Source: Octopus bimaculoides
Lineage: Eukaryota
Reading direction: 5' to 3'
DNA: 64,000 bases
Assembly: GCF_001194135.2 (NCBI RefSeq)
Contig: NC_068994.1
Location: 632,417 to 696,416 of the forward strand
Shown here piece after piece: positions 21,076 through 34,329 of this stretch. The notes under the pieces are model-generated. The model was not told the origin of the DNA, did no database searches, and saw only the letters and a program-made list of their open reading frames with translations. Position numbers and translations under genes: made by a program. Within the stretch, counting starts at the first letter, position 1. Every line of letters starts with the position of its first letter.

Positions 21076-22310
21076 TACGGCTGCTTCTTATGTCACCATC
21101 ATCCACCAGCCTCAAGATTAGGAACAGAGGAGAAGGCCTTGCAGTGCGATAAATGGTATCAGTCACTGAAGCTCGTGTAATTCCAGCCATTTGAGATACA
21201 TTGGAGAGAATACAAATGAATACACGAGAGGCATCACTTCTCCATTGAATCAAGTACCTTCACCAGCAGCAGCAGATGTCATTGCTGCTGCAAATCATGA
21301 GCAGACCTTGTTGCTTAGATTCAAGGAGACTACTAAAGATGATTTCTGAACAAGAACAACCAACATCAACTGATGATGGACAGCCAAAGAAGATGTATAT
21401 ATTTCACAGTAGGTTACAAGTTTCCGTCTATACAATCATCAACATGAAGCCCCTGTAGGAGATATTCTGCCAAGATACCATGCTGTGGCATTGAACTCAC
21501 AACCTCATAGTTGTGAAGTAAAATTGTTAACTCTACAATCATAGCTGCAGCTAAAAAAGTGTCGTTGCACCACAATTGAATATCAGAAGCGAAAGAAAAA
21601 CGCCACTAGTTTGAAACAGTGCTGCACCCTATAGTTTATTACTATAATAAATTCTTTGATTGATGTGGAGTAAGTTTAAAGTTTCAGATTTTCCTCTTCC
21701 TTTAAACTGGGAGACGGGGGTGGCGGTGCTGTAAGCCTGGCTCTGATCCTTGAAGGATTAATGTTGACTCTGAACATTTTAGCACCTTGCTTCAGTTCCA
21801 GGCTTTATCAAAACTGGAGAGGGATACAGATCAAGGGGAGGTAATTGAGATATGGTATCAACATGTTCAACCTTGTATTATTCCTCATTGTTTTATGTCT
21901 CTTCAGATGTCTCTCATGCCTTACATAGCTCTCATATACACCCATGTGTGTGTGTATAAGTGCTTCTTAACCACATGGTTCTGGATTCAGTCCCACTGTA
22001 CGGTACTTTGGGCAAGTGTCTTTTACAATAGTCTCAGGCAGACCAATGCTCCTTCTGAGTGGATTTGGCAGACAGAAATTGTTTGTGTCTCCTCGTCTTA
22101 ATATGACATGATAGTTGTAAAACGAGTGTCCCTGTAGTGTCATTCATTTCCAATATGCTGTGAGAACATGTCTGACCATGGAGAAATATTAGCTTGCTTG
22201 GAAACAGGTGAGGGTTGGCAACAAGAAGGGGCAGCTGGCTATAGAAAATCTACTTCAAATAAACTCCGTTTGACCATGCATGTATGGAAAAGTGGACATT
22301 AAATGATGCT

Positions 22311-22348
<38 letters not shown>

Positions 22349-22438
22349 AACCAAAATGTCACCATGATGATATCCATAAATAATGCTGTTTTTTTTTATA
22401 CTTTTATTTTTCAAAGTTATGATAAACAAAGTTCTTTT

Positions 22439-22740
22439 TTAATGTAAAATATTCTCTCCTTTATTTTCTACAATGCTCTTTCATCTCTCTGGTAGACTTG
22501 TAAGGCCATTCTTCCAAAATTCACTTGCCCATGATGAAAAATACTCCTCCAGTACTATTCTGACCTCATCTACAGAATTCATATTTTTTCTGTCCAAATG
22601 ATTTTGAAGACTGCAGAATAAATGATAATCAGATGGGGCAATATCCGGCAAATATGGTGGGTGTTGACAGACAAGATTGACTTAGCCACTTTCCTCAATG
22701 TCTTCTGTTGTACATTAATGTGGGCTTTAATCATCTTCAA
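22439..22740 (-). mobile_element. Mariner (Tc1/mariner) transposase C-terminal relic in TBP intron
   Basis: Manual translation of the reverse strand gives HPPYLPDIAPSDYHLFCSLQNHL...EFWKNGLTSLPER*KSIVENKG, matching mariner HPPYSPDLAPSDYHLF; one internal stop. Confidence 0.85.
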
Positions 22741-22912
22741 AACTATTTCACTTCTAATTTTGTAACTACTTTTCCCAGAAATCTTTAACAGATTCTGAAA
22801 TGAGAAAACCTTTATGTTGATATCTAGAAAATTCCATGTGTGTCTGTTACTCTGTTCAACCCATTTTAATCAAATCATTGCTGGTGCTAACCAATTCTCT
22901 TTCTATTCTCAG

Positions 22913-23016
22913 GCCAAATTCCTTGACTTTAAGATCCAGAATATGGTTGGTAGTTGTGATGTCAAGTTCCCCATTCGTCTTGAAGGTTTAGTTTTAACAC
23001 ATCAACAATTTTCAAG
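22913..23016 (+). CDS. TBP: TBP coding exon 5
   Basis: ctattctcag acceptor and gtgaga donor; [34 protein letters not shown](S). Confidence 0.97.
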
Positions 23017-24717
23017 GTGAGATTTTTTAGCTTGCTTAACCCTAAGTCTAACCCTAAGATCCAGCCCATCCATGGCTAAACACACTCTAGACCATCCTTA
23101 TAGATATATGTAGCACTCGATTATTTAATATATCCTTTCCTTAATATTGTATGGTGTGATTTGAGGGAGTTTGACTGCTGTTCCTAGCAGGTTAAACGAC
23201 GTGGAGGCTGATGGCGGTGGTGGTGGTGGTGGTGGTGGTGGTGGTTATATATCTCTGACACTGATATACAAATATCTGCTCAGTCCACTTAACAGTGACC
23301 CCTAACTACCCACGTTGCTGCAGCTCGTAGCCCTTGATGGTACTGGTGATGACAGCAGCTTGTGGTCCTTCTCCTTCCCTAATGCAGAGGACCTAATTAA
23401 TGTTGCAAAGTTGCTGTCATCTCCAGCAATATTCTGTTACCATGGTTACATAACTAAAGTTGGTAGTACTTATACACATAGTTGTCTGCCCTTCCTAACA
23501 CTACCGTCATCCGACACTCCTCTATCCTCTACACCACCCCCCTGGGCCCTAATATAACTCCTTTACACACTGCTGCACTGTTTGCTGGCCAACAATGCAG
23601 TGGTCACTCATCCTGCTACAAATATGCAAATCTTCCTCACATCATAGCCTGCTGTTTTAATAAGGACAGGGACATTAGCTAATTTAGCCCCTCCCTTGGC
23701 TCCTATAAGACAGGATGGTCATGGCTGGAATACTGTTGATCCTAGTTTACCTCCTTTGAAGTTGAGCAGGGGCTAAACAACACAGTTTGGCTTTCAATGT
23801 CTTCAAGGTTTCACCTTGGAGAGAGAAGAGCACCAGGCACTGATGGACAAGAGAGGAAGAGAGGTGGAAACTTGACCAGTTTTGGCCAGGGTGAACCTCA
23901 ACAGCTTCCTCAGCACATAATTGTTTCCTTTTGAACATTTTAATGTTTATTCTTGTGTTAAATCTGTCAGCACTAACTTAGCTATTGTTTACTGGTGCAG
24001 ATGGCATCTGAGGATAATTTTAATTTCTCCAGTAACCAATGTATAGTATTGAACCCTGCTCAGAGTCTTTTGGTCCAATTCTTTAATACTACCTAATCGT
24101 TTAGAGAAGAATTGGTGACAGAATCAGAGTAAAGTGGGGTGGAGTTGTCTTTTGCTCCTGTCTCAACAGCTCCTTAATGCTGGTGTCACTCAGTACACAC
24201 TGTAAAGTGGTTGGTGATAAGAAGAGCATCCAGTTGTAGAAACCAAGCCAAATGACCCTTATGAGCACCTGTCTATGGGAACAGTGTCCTCCAACAAGGA
24301 TCCATCCAACCCATGCCAGCAAGGAAAGCAGACATAAAATGATAAAGAACAAGGGAAAAAGAGTCAGTATCTGTAGAACTGCTTAACCCTTCAGTTGTTT
24401 AAACTCTTTTTGAGGGTATCAGCCATGACTGGGAGTGTAAAAGAAGTCTTGGCCTCAGATTTGATCCCACAACAAAACACTTTGAATCAATATCTTTTCC
24501 CAAAGTCAGTGAAATTTGGAAACTTGAAATTGTGTGTAAGTTTGCCAAACGGTGTATTCTTGGTGTTGGAGAATAGATTTGATTCATCACCTGGTCCTTG
24601 GATACTTTTAGGGGAGTGTCCTCTTCCCCACCCATCTCAAACACTCCTAAAGGGGCATGGGTGTTGTCACTTTTTTGATGACTTTGTGATAGAATTTTAT
24701 CTGTTTTGTATTTTCAG

Positions 24718-24812
24718 TTATGAACCAGAATTATTCCCTGGATTAATTTACCGAATGGTCAAACCTAGGATTGTGTTGTTAATATTTGTGTCTGGGAAAG
24801 TTGTCTTAACAG
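24718..24812 (+). CDS. TBP: TBP coding exon 6
   Basis: ttttcag acceptor and gtagga donor; [31 protein letters not shown](G); 95 nt. Confidence 0.97.
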
Positions 24813-25533
24813 GTAGGACAAAATCTTTCAATTAATCTGCAATCTCACTTTATTAATCTTCAGTTATTAACTTTATTTTTCAATCAAGTTTATTCTTTAA
24901 TCCCTAACATTATTTTTCAATCATTTTATTCATCAACCATTAACTTTAATCTTTAACCATTAACCCTAACCCATATTTCAAAAGTCAGTTGTTGTTGATT
25001 CTTAAACTTGACATGTCCCACCCAATTGTTGGACAAACAGAAAGACAGCTTTCTGGAGTCCCTTTCCACACTGATACAATCCACATCATTACCACCAATC
25101 TCATCCCTTTGATTTCATACAAATACAGTTGATGTTGGGAAGGGTGTCCAGCTGTAGAAATCATGCCAAAATGAACATGAAGCCCGGGCAGCTCCTGTTA
25201 ATCTGTACAACAGCAATGTAGTAATTCTATACTCCACCATTTTAATAGTTAAAGTGACCCTTTGTGTGGTGGCATGTTGTGAGGTTTGAACTCGCTCCTT
25301 TATGTGTACTCCTGCTATCAACTCTCTTTGACTCTGTTCTAAGGCAGTTTACTCCCCCACCCCCTTCTTTCTGTAAATCCAGCGCGCACACACACACAAG
25401 ACTTCAGACCAAATTTTGATGTGGACCCATTGAAGAGATTTCATTTTCTTAAGTGTTTAAAGCAAAATACAAACCTGTTACTGTTGTCTTCTATTTCTAA
25501 CATATTGTTCCTGTTTGTTATATCCATGTGTAG

Positions 25534-25610
25534 GGGCCAAAGTCCGACAAGAAATTTACGATGCCTTTGAAAATATCTATCCAATATTGAAGGGTTTCAA
25601 GAAGCAGTGA
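25534..25610 (+). CDS. TBP: TBP coding exon 7 (terminal)
   Basis: gtgtag acceptor; (G)[27 protein letters not shown]. The seven exons total 747 nt, or 248 aa plus stop. Confidence 0.96.
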
Positions 25611-25791
25611 ATGCCAGTCACCTTTATCCCTGTTCAATATTCAAATATCTGGCACAGACAGCAACACGGAAGGAACACGCCAAACACCACACCATAATCT
25701 TGTAGAAGACCAATCTTTGGTGAACATTGAACATAGAATCTTGGTGTTGTGTCAGACAAGTTTCATAATCCATCTTTTCCAAAGTTAGAAG

Positions 25792-25797
25792 AATAAA
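25792..25797 (+). terminator. Candidate TBP polyadenylation signal AATAAA
   Basis: First AATAAA noticed downstream of the stop (~180 nt); another at 26937-26942. Confidence 0.35.
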
Positions 25798-26433
25798 GAC
25801 ATTGGAAGAGAGTTTGTTGTCTGCCAAGAATGGAACCCTCAAGTTCTGCAGAATTAAAACCATGAAAATGTGACTGATGTCGAGAGGGAAGTGACCAAGC
25901 TCCAACCTAACCAGGTGCCCAATATTGATCACAACTTAGGTGTCTCCTCTATTCCACCTGACACCAGTCACCAAGCTACCCAGTATCCACTCAACACCAG
26001 TTCTTCAATAGATTCCAACAATTTGTCCACTTCTCTCCTTTCCAGAGACCCTCATCCATTTTTTTGTGAAATATTTTTCCTCCAGACACCAGCATGCTAC
26101 TGACCCTTTACCTTTCACTGTCCTTTCAGTAATTTATTCTGCCACCTCTGGAGGTGGGAGGGGGGCATCTGTGTTTGATGGTTCTATACCCCTGCCCCTG
26201 GCCAGGGGTCTGAGATGGTCAACAGAAACTGTGCAGAAGCCATGTTGTGTGTGTGTGTGTATATATAAATATATATATGTATATGTATATATAGACACAC
26301 ACAAGCATAAGGAAGAAATACTCGCTATACAGACTGGATAATAACATCAATTAAAACTAGCAACGCAAGATTCAAATTAATGATGGCATAAAATCTGCTT
26401 TAATTACTGATATGAATGTTTGTATGTGTTTGA

Positions 26434-26478
<45 letters not shown>

Positions 26479-28976
26479 CATGTATACGTGTGAGCATATC
26501 TATATGTGTTAGCAACAGTGGGGGAAAAGAAAAACTGAAAAGTTTGTTTTTCAAACCAAATCCTTTGTGATGTTTGTTTTGTCTCAAGCTACAGATACTC
26601 CTTGTCCACTTTTGCCACTAGAAATGCTGTGAATCAATGGTCAGCATGCTGGGACCTTATAAGCAATAATGCTGTTCTTTACCAGTGGCAATTTGAAAGT
26701 TATCAGGAGACAGATCTATGAACAGGTATTGCACCAGCATGGCCTTGGTCATCTCAGGGCGCGGGGGGGGGGTTCCTCCACCTCCACAATATCCCCCTTC
26801 CTTTCTCTCTTTATGTCAGTACCACTCCACCCTCCAACTTGTGATGAAAATGGATGGTGAGGGTTAACAAGGTTGACACCTTTTGACCCTGTCAGGTCAA
26901 AGGTCATGTTCATAAATGACATTGAATCACCACTCTAATAAACTTCTTTATTTTTTATGTTGTTTGTTTTTTTCTTCTTTATTTTTTTTTGTACTTGTTT
27001 GGTGAGACAAAGAATAGCAGGACACTCATACATTGTCTTTGACAGAGGATTCCATCATGTAATTCAGAGTGGTGGAAGGAGGGGATTGGTGATAATTCTT
27101 TCTGCTATTTTAGAGATGATAGAAGTGAGTCAGAAACTAGATTCTGTTCTGTGATTCTTGTTCTTTGGAGGAGTGGTGGAAGTCACTAGAAAATGCTTCC
27201 AAAGATTAGGGTATATCGTCAGAAAGATTGAAGGGTTTTGCAAAGACAGAAGCTAACTCTGGGGTGCAATGCTGAAGGGTAACAAAAGGGGCACTGTTAG
27301 TACCAGTGGCCCTGTGGGTTTTTGCACATTTTATGTGGAGAGGAGAATGGCCCTAGTGGAGTGAAGATGGAACATTTTGGAATTTTATGAAAAGTGAACA
27401 ATGGGAGTCAGATACAAGTCAAGCAAGAAACTGGTTTTAGGACTTTGATGTTACTTCTAGCATGTTGATTGGCCATCTAGGGGTCTATAAGGAAGAATTG
27501 AGGTGAGGTATGAAGACATTTGGTGTTACAGGTGAAAGTACAGGACTGAAATACTGTGTTGGTAGACTTAGCCATTCCACCTCAACAGGGAACACAATCA
27601 TGAAATGTAAAGGGTAAATTAGAGTCATTTTTACAGTTTTGTGGATTTATTGATTTGGTGTTGAGGAATGGGCTGTCTGTAACCCCTTAAAGGTTCTTCA
27701 ACATGAAAAGCCTGCTATGGATGGGGATTTCAGAGGGAGGCCCTACCTGAGGTGGCAGGAATGGCTGTAGTGATTAGTGCAGGTTTTGGAGGTTAGCAAG
27801 AGGAGAGTCAGACTGCATGGATGAGTGGTGGCACGAGCAGCCATCTGTGAGGAAGAGATTGAAGTGAGTCAATCAGTCGACCAGACTCTCTTGTAGTTTG
27901 ACCCCCAAGTCAACCCTGATTGAGTTCATCTGTGATTAAAGACATCCCAGCTCTGACCATTCCATCCAGTTGTACCTCTACAACTACTTTGAGCAGTGTG
28001 ATGATGGTCTTCTTTCTTTTCAGGTTTAGTTATGCACTTTGAAATAATTTAGCTGCTATTTCTCTCGGGCCAAGTAAATCTATGGATTCTTGACTGTAAA
28101 ACAATTTGAAGGGCAGCTGATGGGGTAAGTCACATTTCTTGTTGTAGGTTCAATCCTACTTCATGGTGCCTCTGGTCAACCAAACCCTTTGTCAGTAAAC
28201 AGGAAGCATGTGGCTGCCTGGCAGAGGGACTGTTCCTGGTGGTGTTCTGGTCACTTAATATCTTTAACAGAATCATCCATTGTTTCAAAGAAACCAGGTT
28301 TCAGGATAATTTCCTCCTCTTGTCTTCATGGGGTCCTTATGAAAGTTATGGGCTCAGCCCTTCCCCCTCTCACTTTATCCATTGAATAAAAGAACAAACA
28401 AAACAAAAAAATACAATATGAAGGTGAGGGAGAGAGAACTGCATTGAATGGGCAGTAGTGATGTCCTAGTTTTCCCTGATGTCCCACTTGTACACACACA
28501 CACGCCATATGTTTGTTTACACTTATACACTGTGTGTGTGTGTTCATTGTCCAAAAACTGTTTCCAATCATGAAATGTAATATTTTAAATGTTATTCCAT
28601 CATTCGTCCAAATTCTCACCATTGGTGACACCATCTTTTATGGCTAATGGCTGCAGGAATTTGTTAATATCAGATCAATAATTCCAGTGGCCATTAATGG
28701 ATTTTAGTGTTGGGGATGATCTAAGGAGAGGTTAAAAGCCACAGCTCATTAGTTGGCTGGTTGACGAGACAATAGACACATCTGCCAGCAGAAAATAGCT
28801 TCTCTCTCTCTCTCTCTCATTAGAAATAGTTTAAAACTGACCAAAAGAAGTGGGGGATGAGGAATTAGTAAAATCATTGATGCTTTTGGAGGGTGTCTAC
28901 TGTCCATTTATTTGTCAAATAATCTGAAGAATTTGTGTGTGTATAGGTATATATAAACACGTTAAATATGTGTGTG

Positions 28977-29013
<37 letters not shown>

Positions 29014-29285
29014 GCATTCCTTAGGTGTAGTATAGCAAACAACCTCTCTCAGTTCTTATTTATAACTGTTTCTTATGATTGAGGGCTAATAATTTTAGGG
29101 AAGGTATGATTGTCACAGCATCTATGATTTCTCCAACCCATGCCAGCATGAAAGGCAGGTGTTAAATGATGATGATGATAAGACCTCAATTATAAGAAAA
29201 TCTAGGTGAGTGCATATATATCTATGATCCTCTCACATAAATGTATGTATTATACATATATACATAATACTCATACACACAATAC

Positions 29286-29317
<32 letters not shown>

Positions 29318-29736
29318 GCATGTATTTATAGGTAATACATGTGTTTTTAATAAACACATGTGCATGTGTAAATCTAAGACGTGTATAACATACAAAGAGG
29401 AATCCCTACATACTTTCTCAACTTGCTGGAAATAGTCAAATCTCCCTCAATTCATGCCTCATGGGCTCCCTTTCACTTAAGTAAAAGATACGATGGTCAC
29501 ATCTGAAATGTTTTTGATAAATTAGTTTGATCAGGACCTACCTAGGGCTAAAAAATCATGCACATTACTAAATAATTAAAAGAATTTAGTTTCTGTCTAG
29601 ACTTCTGGATGTCTTTTCATCATGTGTTCACAGACTGACTTCATTTCTGCTCTTAACCAGAAGATCAATGCCACAAAAGAAGACAACTCATTGCATGAAA
29701 TTCACTGAGTTTTTATTGCAAATTGTCATATACATT

Positions 29737-29747
29737 ATTTATTATTA

Positions 29748-29794
<47 letters not shown>

Positions 29795-29910
29795 GACAAG
29801 CTGGCAGAACTGTTAGCACACAAGCAAAATGCTTAGTGGCATTTCTGTTGAGATCGACTTCGCCATTCCTCCCTTCAAGGGTCGCTAAAATAAGTATCAG
29901 TCAAGTGTAG
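29737..29910 (-). mobile_element. 3' part of (AAT)n-tailed SINE with long (ATT)n run
   Basis: (att)n-aagacaagctggcagaactgttagcac...aaaatgcttagtggcattt. Confidence 0.65.
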
Positions 29911-30706
29911 GGAGTTGATGCACCAGGTCATCCCATATGTTTTTCAATGTCAAAAAATGAGTGACTATCAAAAATGGCCGAGATGAATGGAATTATTCTA
30001 AGTATGTGTCTCTAGATTGGAAAACAACAGTTGGGATATGGTTTGTGCCCTGCCTTAAGGGTCAGTGAGACCCTTGGCCTGTGAACTTCTTTAACTGGTC
30101 CTAGTTGGAACCTTGTGTCAGAGAGACTGCATCAATATATATATGTGTGTGTGTGTGTATACACACACACTCATAGTGAGATGTGTATACTAATAATAAA
30201 TGATATGTTTTATTTGCAAGAAGAGCATCGGATGAGGGCTATATTAGGACATACACATTTTTTTATTAATATTTAGCAAAAGCAAGAGTGACCCAAGGTC
30301 CAAGAGTTTTGTGCATTGGCACTAAGTAGTCAAGCTCCTTTCCAAGTCATATACACACTCTTAGGACTGGTTTCCATGACATCTATGTTCCCACCTGGAT
30401 GATAGGATGCTGATCTGGTGCAGGGCTACTCCCTTTTGCCAGCCGAGTGGACTGGAGCAACGGGAAATGAAGGGTTTTGCTCAAGAACACAATGTGTTGC
30501 CCGGTCCAGGAATTGAAACTTCAATCTTACAATCATGAGAGTCCAACACCCTAACCACTGCGCCATGCACACACATATACACGTACAAACACACACCTAT
30601 ATATGTGTGTGTGCACATAGTTATTTGTGCAGGTTATGAAATTGGATGTGAAGTATGAGAATAAAACATGAAATGTGTGTAGAAAGTTATTCATAGAATT
30701 GTTAGA

Positions 30707-30744
<38 letters not shown>

Positions 30745-30745
30745 G
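30707..30745. repeat. (TAC)n microsatellite, start of a low-complexity G/T-rich trinucleotide region to ~31250
   Basis: Direct inspection. Confidence 0.85.
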
Positions 30746-32094
30746 TGGTGCTGCTACAGCTACTGGTGTGTATTGGTAGATTCTACAACTGTTGGTGTAA
30801 TAGCATCACACACACATATATTGATAGTTTATTATACTAATACTACTAGTGGTGGTCATGGAACTACTAACATGGGTGGCAGTGGTACTACAGATACTGA
30901 TGTATATTTTAGTAGTTGATAGTTTACTCCTACTACCACCACCACCACCACTGCCTTACTATTGCTACTGTTACTACTATTGTTGGGGGGGGGGTTACAA
31001 TAGATATTGGTAATAATGGTGATAGCTGCAGTATTGGTTGTAGTAGAAGTTGTGTTAATAGTATAACTTGTAGAGGTTGTAGTGTTGGTGGCTGTGGTTA
31101 TTATAGTATTAGCAGTTGTTGCGGTGGTGTTGATTGTGGAAGCTGCAATGGTGCTGGTGGTAGTAGTGATGATTATAGTATGGACTGTAGTAGTGGTGGT
31201 GGTGGTGGTGAGGAAAGGTTACGGATGCAGTGGTGGTGATGTTGAAGCATGTTGGAGGCAATGGTGAGAATTGCAGAAAGTTGTGGGGGTGGGGGTGATT
31301 TTGAGAAAGTGAGAAGGAAGAAGGTTAAAGAAGGAGGAATGAAACCAAAGAGAGTGGTAGTGAGAGCAGGTGAAAAGAAAGAGGTGTCATTTGTGGGATG
31401 GGGAGGCAAGTGGGGGAGAGAGAGAGATTGGCCAGTGGTGCTAGGAGGAGGAGTGACCTTTAGAAAGTGGCAAAAGTGAGGTTGTGGTAAAAGGAAGGAA
31501 TTAGGTGAGAGTGGGAGGGAATTTAGGATTAAGGAATGGTTTTTTTTTTACCCCACCCACCCACGTCTTGTGCTCCATCATCCCTTCCCTAGTATATCAC
31601 TGGTATCTACAGCTAGTGATAACAGTGACATACCAACTAGCTTGCTGTTGTGGCAAGCATGCCTTTCTTTGTGTCATAAACTGAGGTTTAACTTTGGAAT
31701 TTCACCTCCACTGCAGTGGTGAGATAGTATAATAGTAGTAGTGGTGGTGGTACTACAGTAGTAATGGTGATGGTAAGGTGGTTGAGTGGTGTGGTCTCTA
31801 GTGTTGTGTTGTAGTATTTCAGCTTCTGTTTGTTGCTTGTTCATGGATGTTGATTCTAAGACACACACACTAATACACTATATACAGGAATGGGTGTGTG
31901 TGTGTGTATTTAAGTGTACATATGTTTTAAACAACTCATTCCTTGTTCATTTTTTTGCGCATTATTCCATGCACTGTACATGCACTTTTGACTTCTTTTT
32001 CTGATGGATTGCAGTGCACCTGAGCACTGTATACAATAAGTTCACTAAATATATATGTGTGTGTGTTTGTTTGTGTGCTTGTGTGTATATATGT

Positions 32095-32290
32095 CATCAT
32101 TATCATTCTTTAACGGCCATTTTCCATGTTGGCATGGGTTGGATGGTTTGACCAGTGCTGGCAAACTGGAGATCTGCACCAAGTTCCAGTCTGGTTTCGC
32201 TTGGCTTCTACAGCTGGTTGCCCTTCCTAACACCAACCACTTTACAGTGTGAGTTGGGTGCTTTTAACATGGCACTGACACAGGATTCTT
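32095..32290 (-). mobile_element. RTE-family 3' tail copy
   Basis: tcatcattatcattctttaacggccatttccatgttggcatgggttgg...cccttcctaacaccaaccact...gggtgcttttaacatggcac. Confidence 0.75.
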
Positions 32291-32477
32291 CACCAGGGAA
32301 AGAAGTGGCCTTAACACTTCTGCTGTGGAGGATGGGTCTCCTTGTGGACAGCAAGGGGCCAGCTATTTTTGTCCTTTGTCATTTCGTCTGAAAGGTTCAG
32401 CATCCTGAGGTTGTCCTTCAATACCTTGTCTCATGTCTTCCTGGGTTCCCTCTTCTGTGTGTGTGTGTGTATGTATG

Positions 32478-32522
<45 letters not shown>

Positions 32523-32524
32523 CT

Positions 32525-32710
32525 CGTGCGGGTGACACGTAAAAGCACCCACTACACTCTCTGAGTGGTTGGCGTTAGGAAGGGCATCCAGCTGTAGAAA
32601 CTCTGCCAAATTAGATTGGAGCCTGGTGTTGCCATCCGGTTTCACCAGTCCTCAGTCAAATCGTCCAACCCATGCTAGCATGGAAAGCGGACGTTAAACG
32701 ATAATGATGA
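32525..32710 (+). mobile_element. Young RTE-family 3' tail copy
   Basis: About 3 differences from 11196-11377 over ~165 bp; inserted beside a (TA)n run. Confidence 0.85.
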
Positions 32711-32754
32711 CATATATAAATGTGCATGCGCATGTGAGTGTGTGTGTGTATGTA

Positions 32755-33075
32755 GGCACATGGCTTAGTGGTTAAGATGTTTGGCTCACAGTCATTAGGT
32801 CATGAGTTCAATTCCTGGCAGTGCATTGTGTCCTTGAGCAAGACACTTTATTTCATGTTGCTCCAGTTCACTCAGCTGGCAAAAACGAGTAGTACCTGTA
32901 ATTCAAAGGGGGCAGCCTTGTCTGTGTTACGCAAAGAACTACATGTAGTTCTTCCTGAGAACTACATTTTAAGAGCACATGTGTCTGAGGAGTGCTCAGC
33001 CACTTGCACATTAATTTAATGAACAGGCTGTTCCATTGATCAGATCAACTGAAACCCTTGTCATCATAACTGAGT
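32755..33075 (+). mobile_element. tRNA-derived SINE
   Basis: A-box TGGCTTAGTGG and B-box GAGTTCAATTCC, then gtgtccttgagcaagacacttt...tgctccagttcactcagctg. Confidence 0.75.
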
Positions 33076-33236
33076 GCCAACATCTATATATGTGAGTGTG
33101 TGTGAGAGAGACTGTCATTATGGTATTGAATGCACACTAACTGAAGAAAGCACTCAATACCTGGCAGAAGATGCACAGTCCCCCGTTTCTAACAGAAACG
33201 GAGGACCTCACTGGTGCCACATAGACACGTATAAGG

Positions 33237-34137
33237 TGATAGACATGTATAAGGTGACCCCTGCTAATTAAGTGAAGCTCAACATCTTCAGATCAGCCCT
33301 CACTGCTTCATTCCATGTCTTCCTGGGTCTCTCTCTCACAGGTTCCATCCACTTTACATGATTGGCACTTCTTCATGACTGTCCCCTATCCATACACATC
33401 ACATGACCAAACAGGTTTCTCTCTTGTATGCTACATCTGATAATTACTCTTCTCTGAATACATTTGCACTTTGTGGTACATGCACATTAATATTGCACAT
33501 ACAGCAGAGCATACAAGCTTCATTCATCTCCAGACATCACGGGTTCCTTGTATTCAGGACCCACATCTCACTACTGCGGAGCATTGCTGTTTCTACACAA
33601 AACATCATACATTCTGCTTTTCACTCTGAACTTTCTCCAACCTGTTCTTATTCTAGCAACTTTAGTTTCAGAACATCCTCTTCCAAATGCTAATTAGGTC
33701 ACCCAGATAACAAACACTCTCTGCAATCTCTAGGGAGCCTCCTGGGCATTTGAGAAAATCTAATTCCCATGTATCCTTTGTGTTTATTATTCCTGTGCAT
33801 CTGCCACATATAAAAACTACTTTCTCTTTTAACTTTCCTGTGATTCCACTGCATCTCTATGTGTCCATAGCTTGCACTGGGTGCAAGGAATGGAATTCCT
33901 TCCAACACCTCTCCTACAAATTGAGCAGAGCCTTTTACCTGATAGTCTTATATATACACACACACACACACTGACATTGCCTGCACAAAATGCCAGACAT
34001 GCCTAAGCTATATAAATGAATCAAATAGTAAGTGAGATTTAAATATTTATTATATTTTAATGATAGAACAGTTGAGAAGACCTTACCTACCGGGTATGTT
34101 GCTTAATTAGCAGGGGTCACCTTACACATGTCTATCA
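33237..34137. repeat. 36-bp inverted repeats (35/36 identical) bracketing ~830 bp
   Basis: 33237-33272 tgatagacatgtataaggtgacccctgctaattaag versus the reverse complement of 34102-34137. Confidence 0.85.
33280..33900 (-). mobile_element. Degenerate RTE ORF2 C-terminal fragment
   Basis: Reverse translation LFGHVMCMDRG...ERPRKTWNEAVRADLK resembles RTE WFGHVxRM...GRPRKTWxEVVxxDL. Confidence 0.65.
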
Positions 34138-34329
34138 TTGGCTCATTTTAGATCTGTATCTCCATACTGTCATAAGTTGAACTTTCATGTGTAAGTTACT
34201 GCTCTCCATTTCCCAGATAGTTAAAACGCTTTCTGGTGACTTCCTTGCAGCCATCTTTAACTCTTTCTCTGTTAAAGCATTTATAAAATAGTTACACAGA
34301 AGTGAATATAAATGTAATTTTTAAAAAAC

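Noticed and set aside
23035-23060. TAACCC telomere-like units (also ~24955-24970)
   Set aside because: Only about two units each; compatible with chance or repeat ends.
30916-31479. Cys/Gly-rich and Val-rich ORFs
   Set aside because: Products of degenerate GT-rich trinucleotide repeats.
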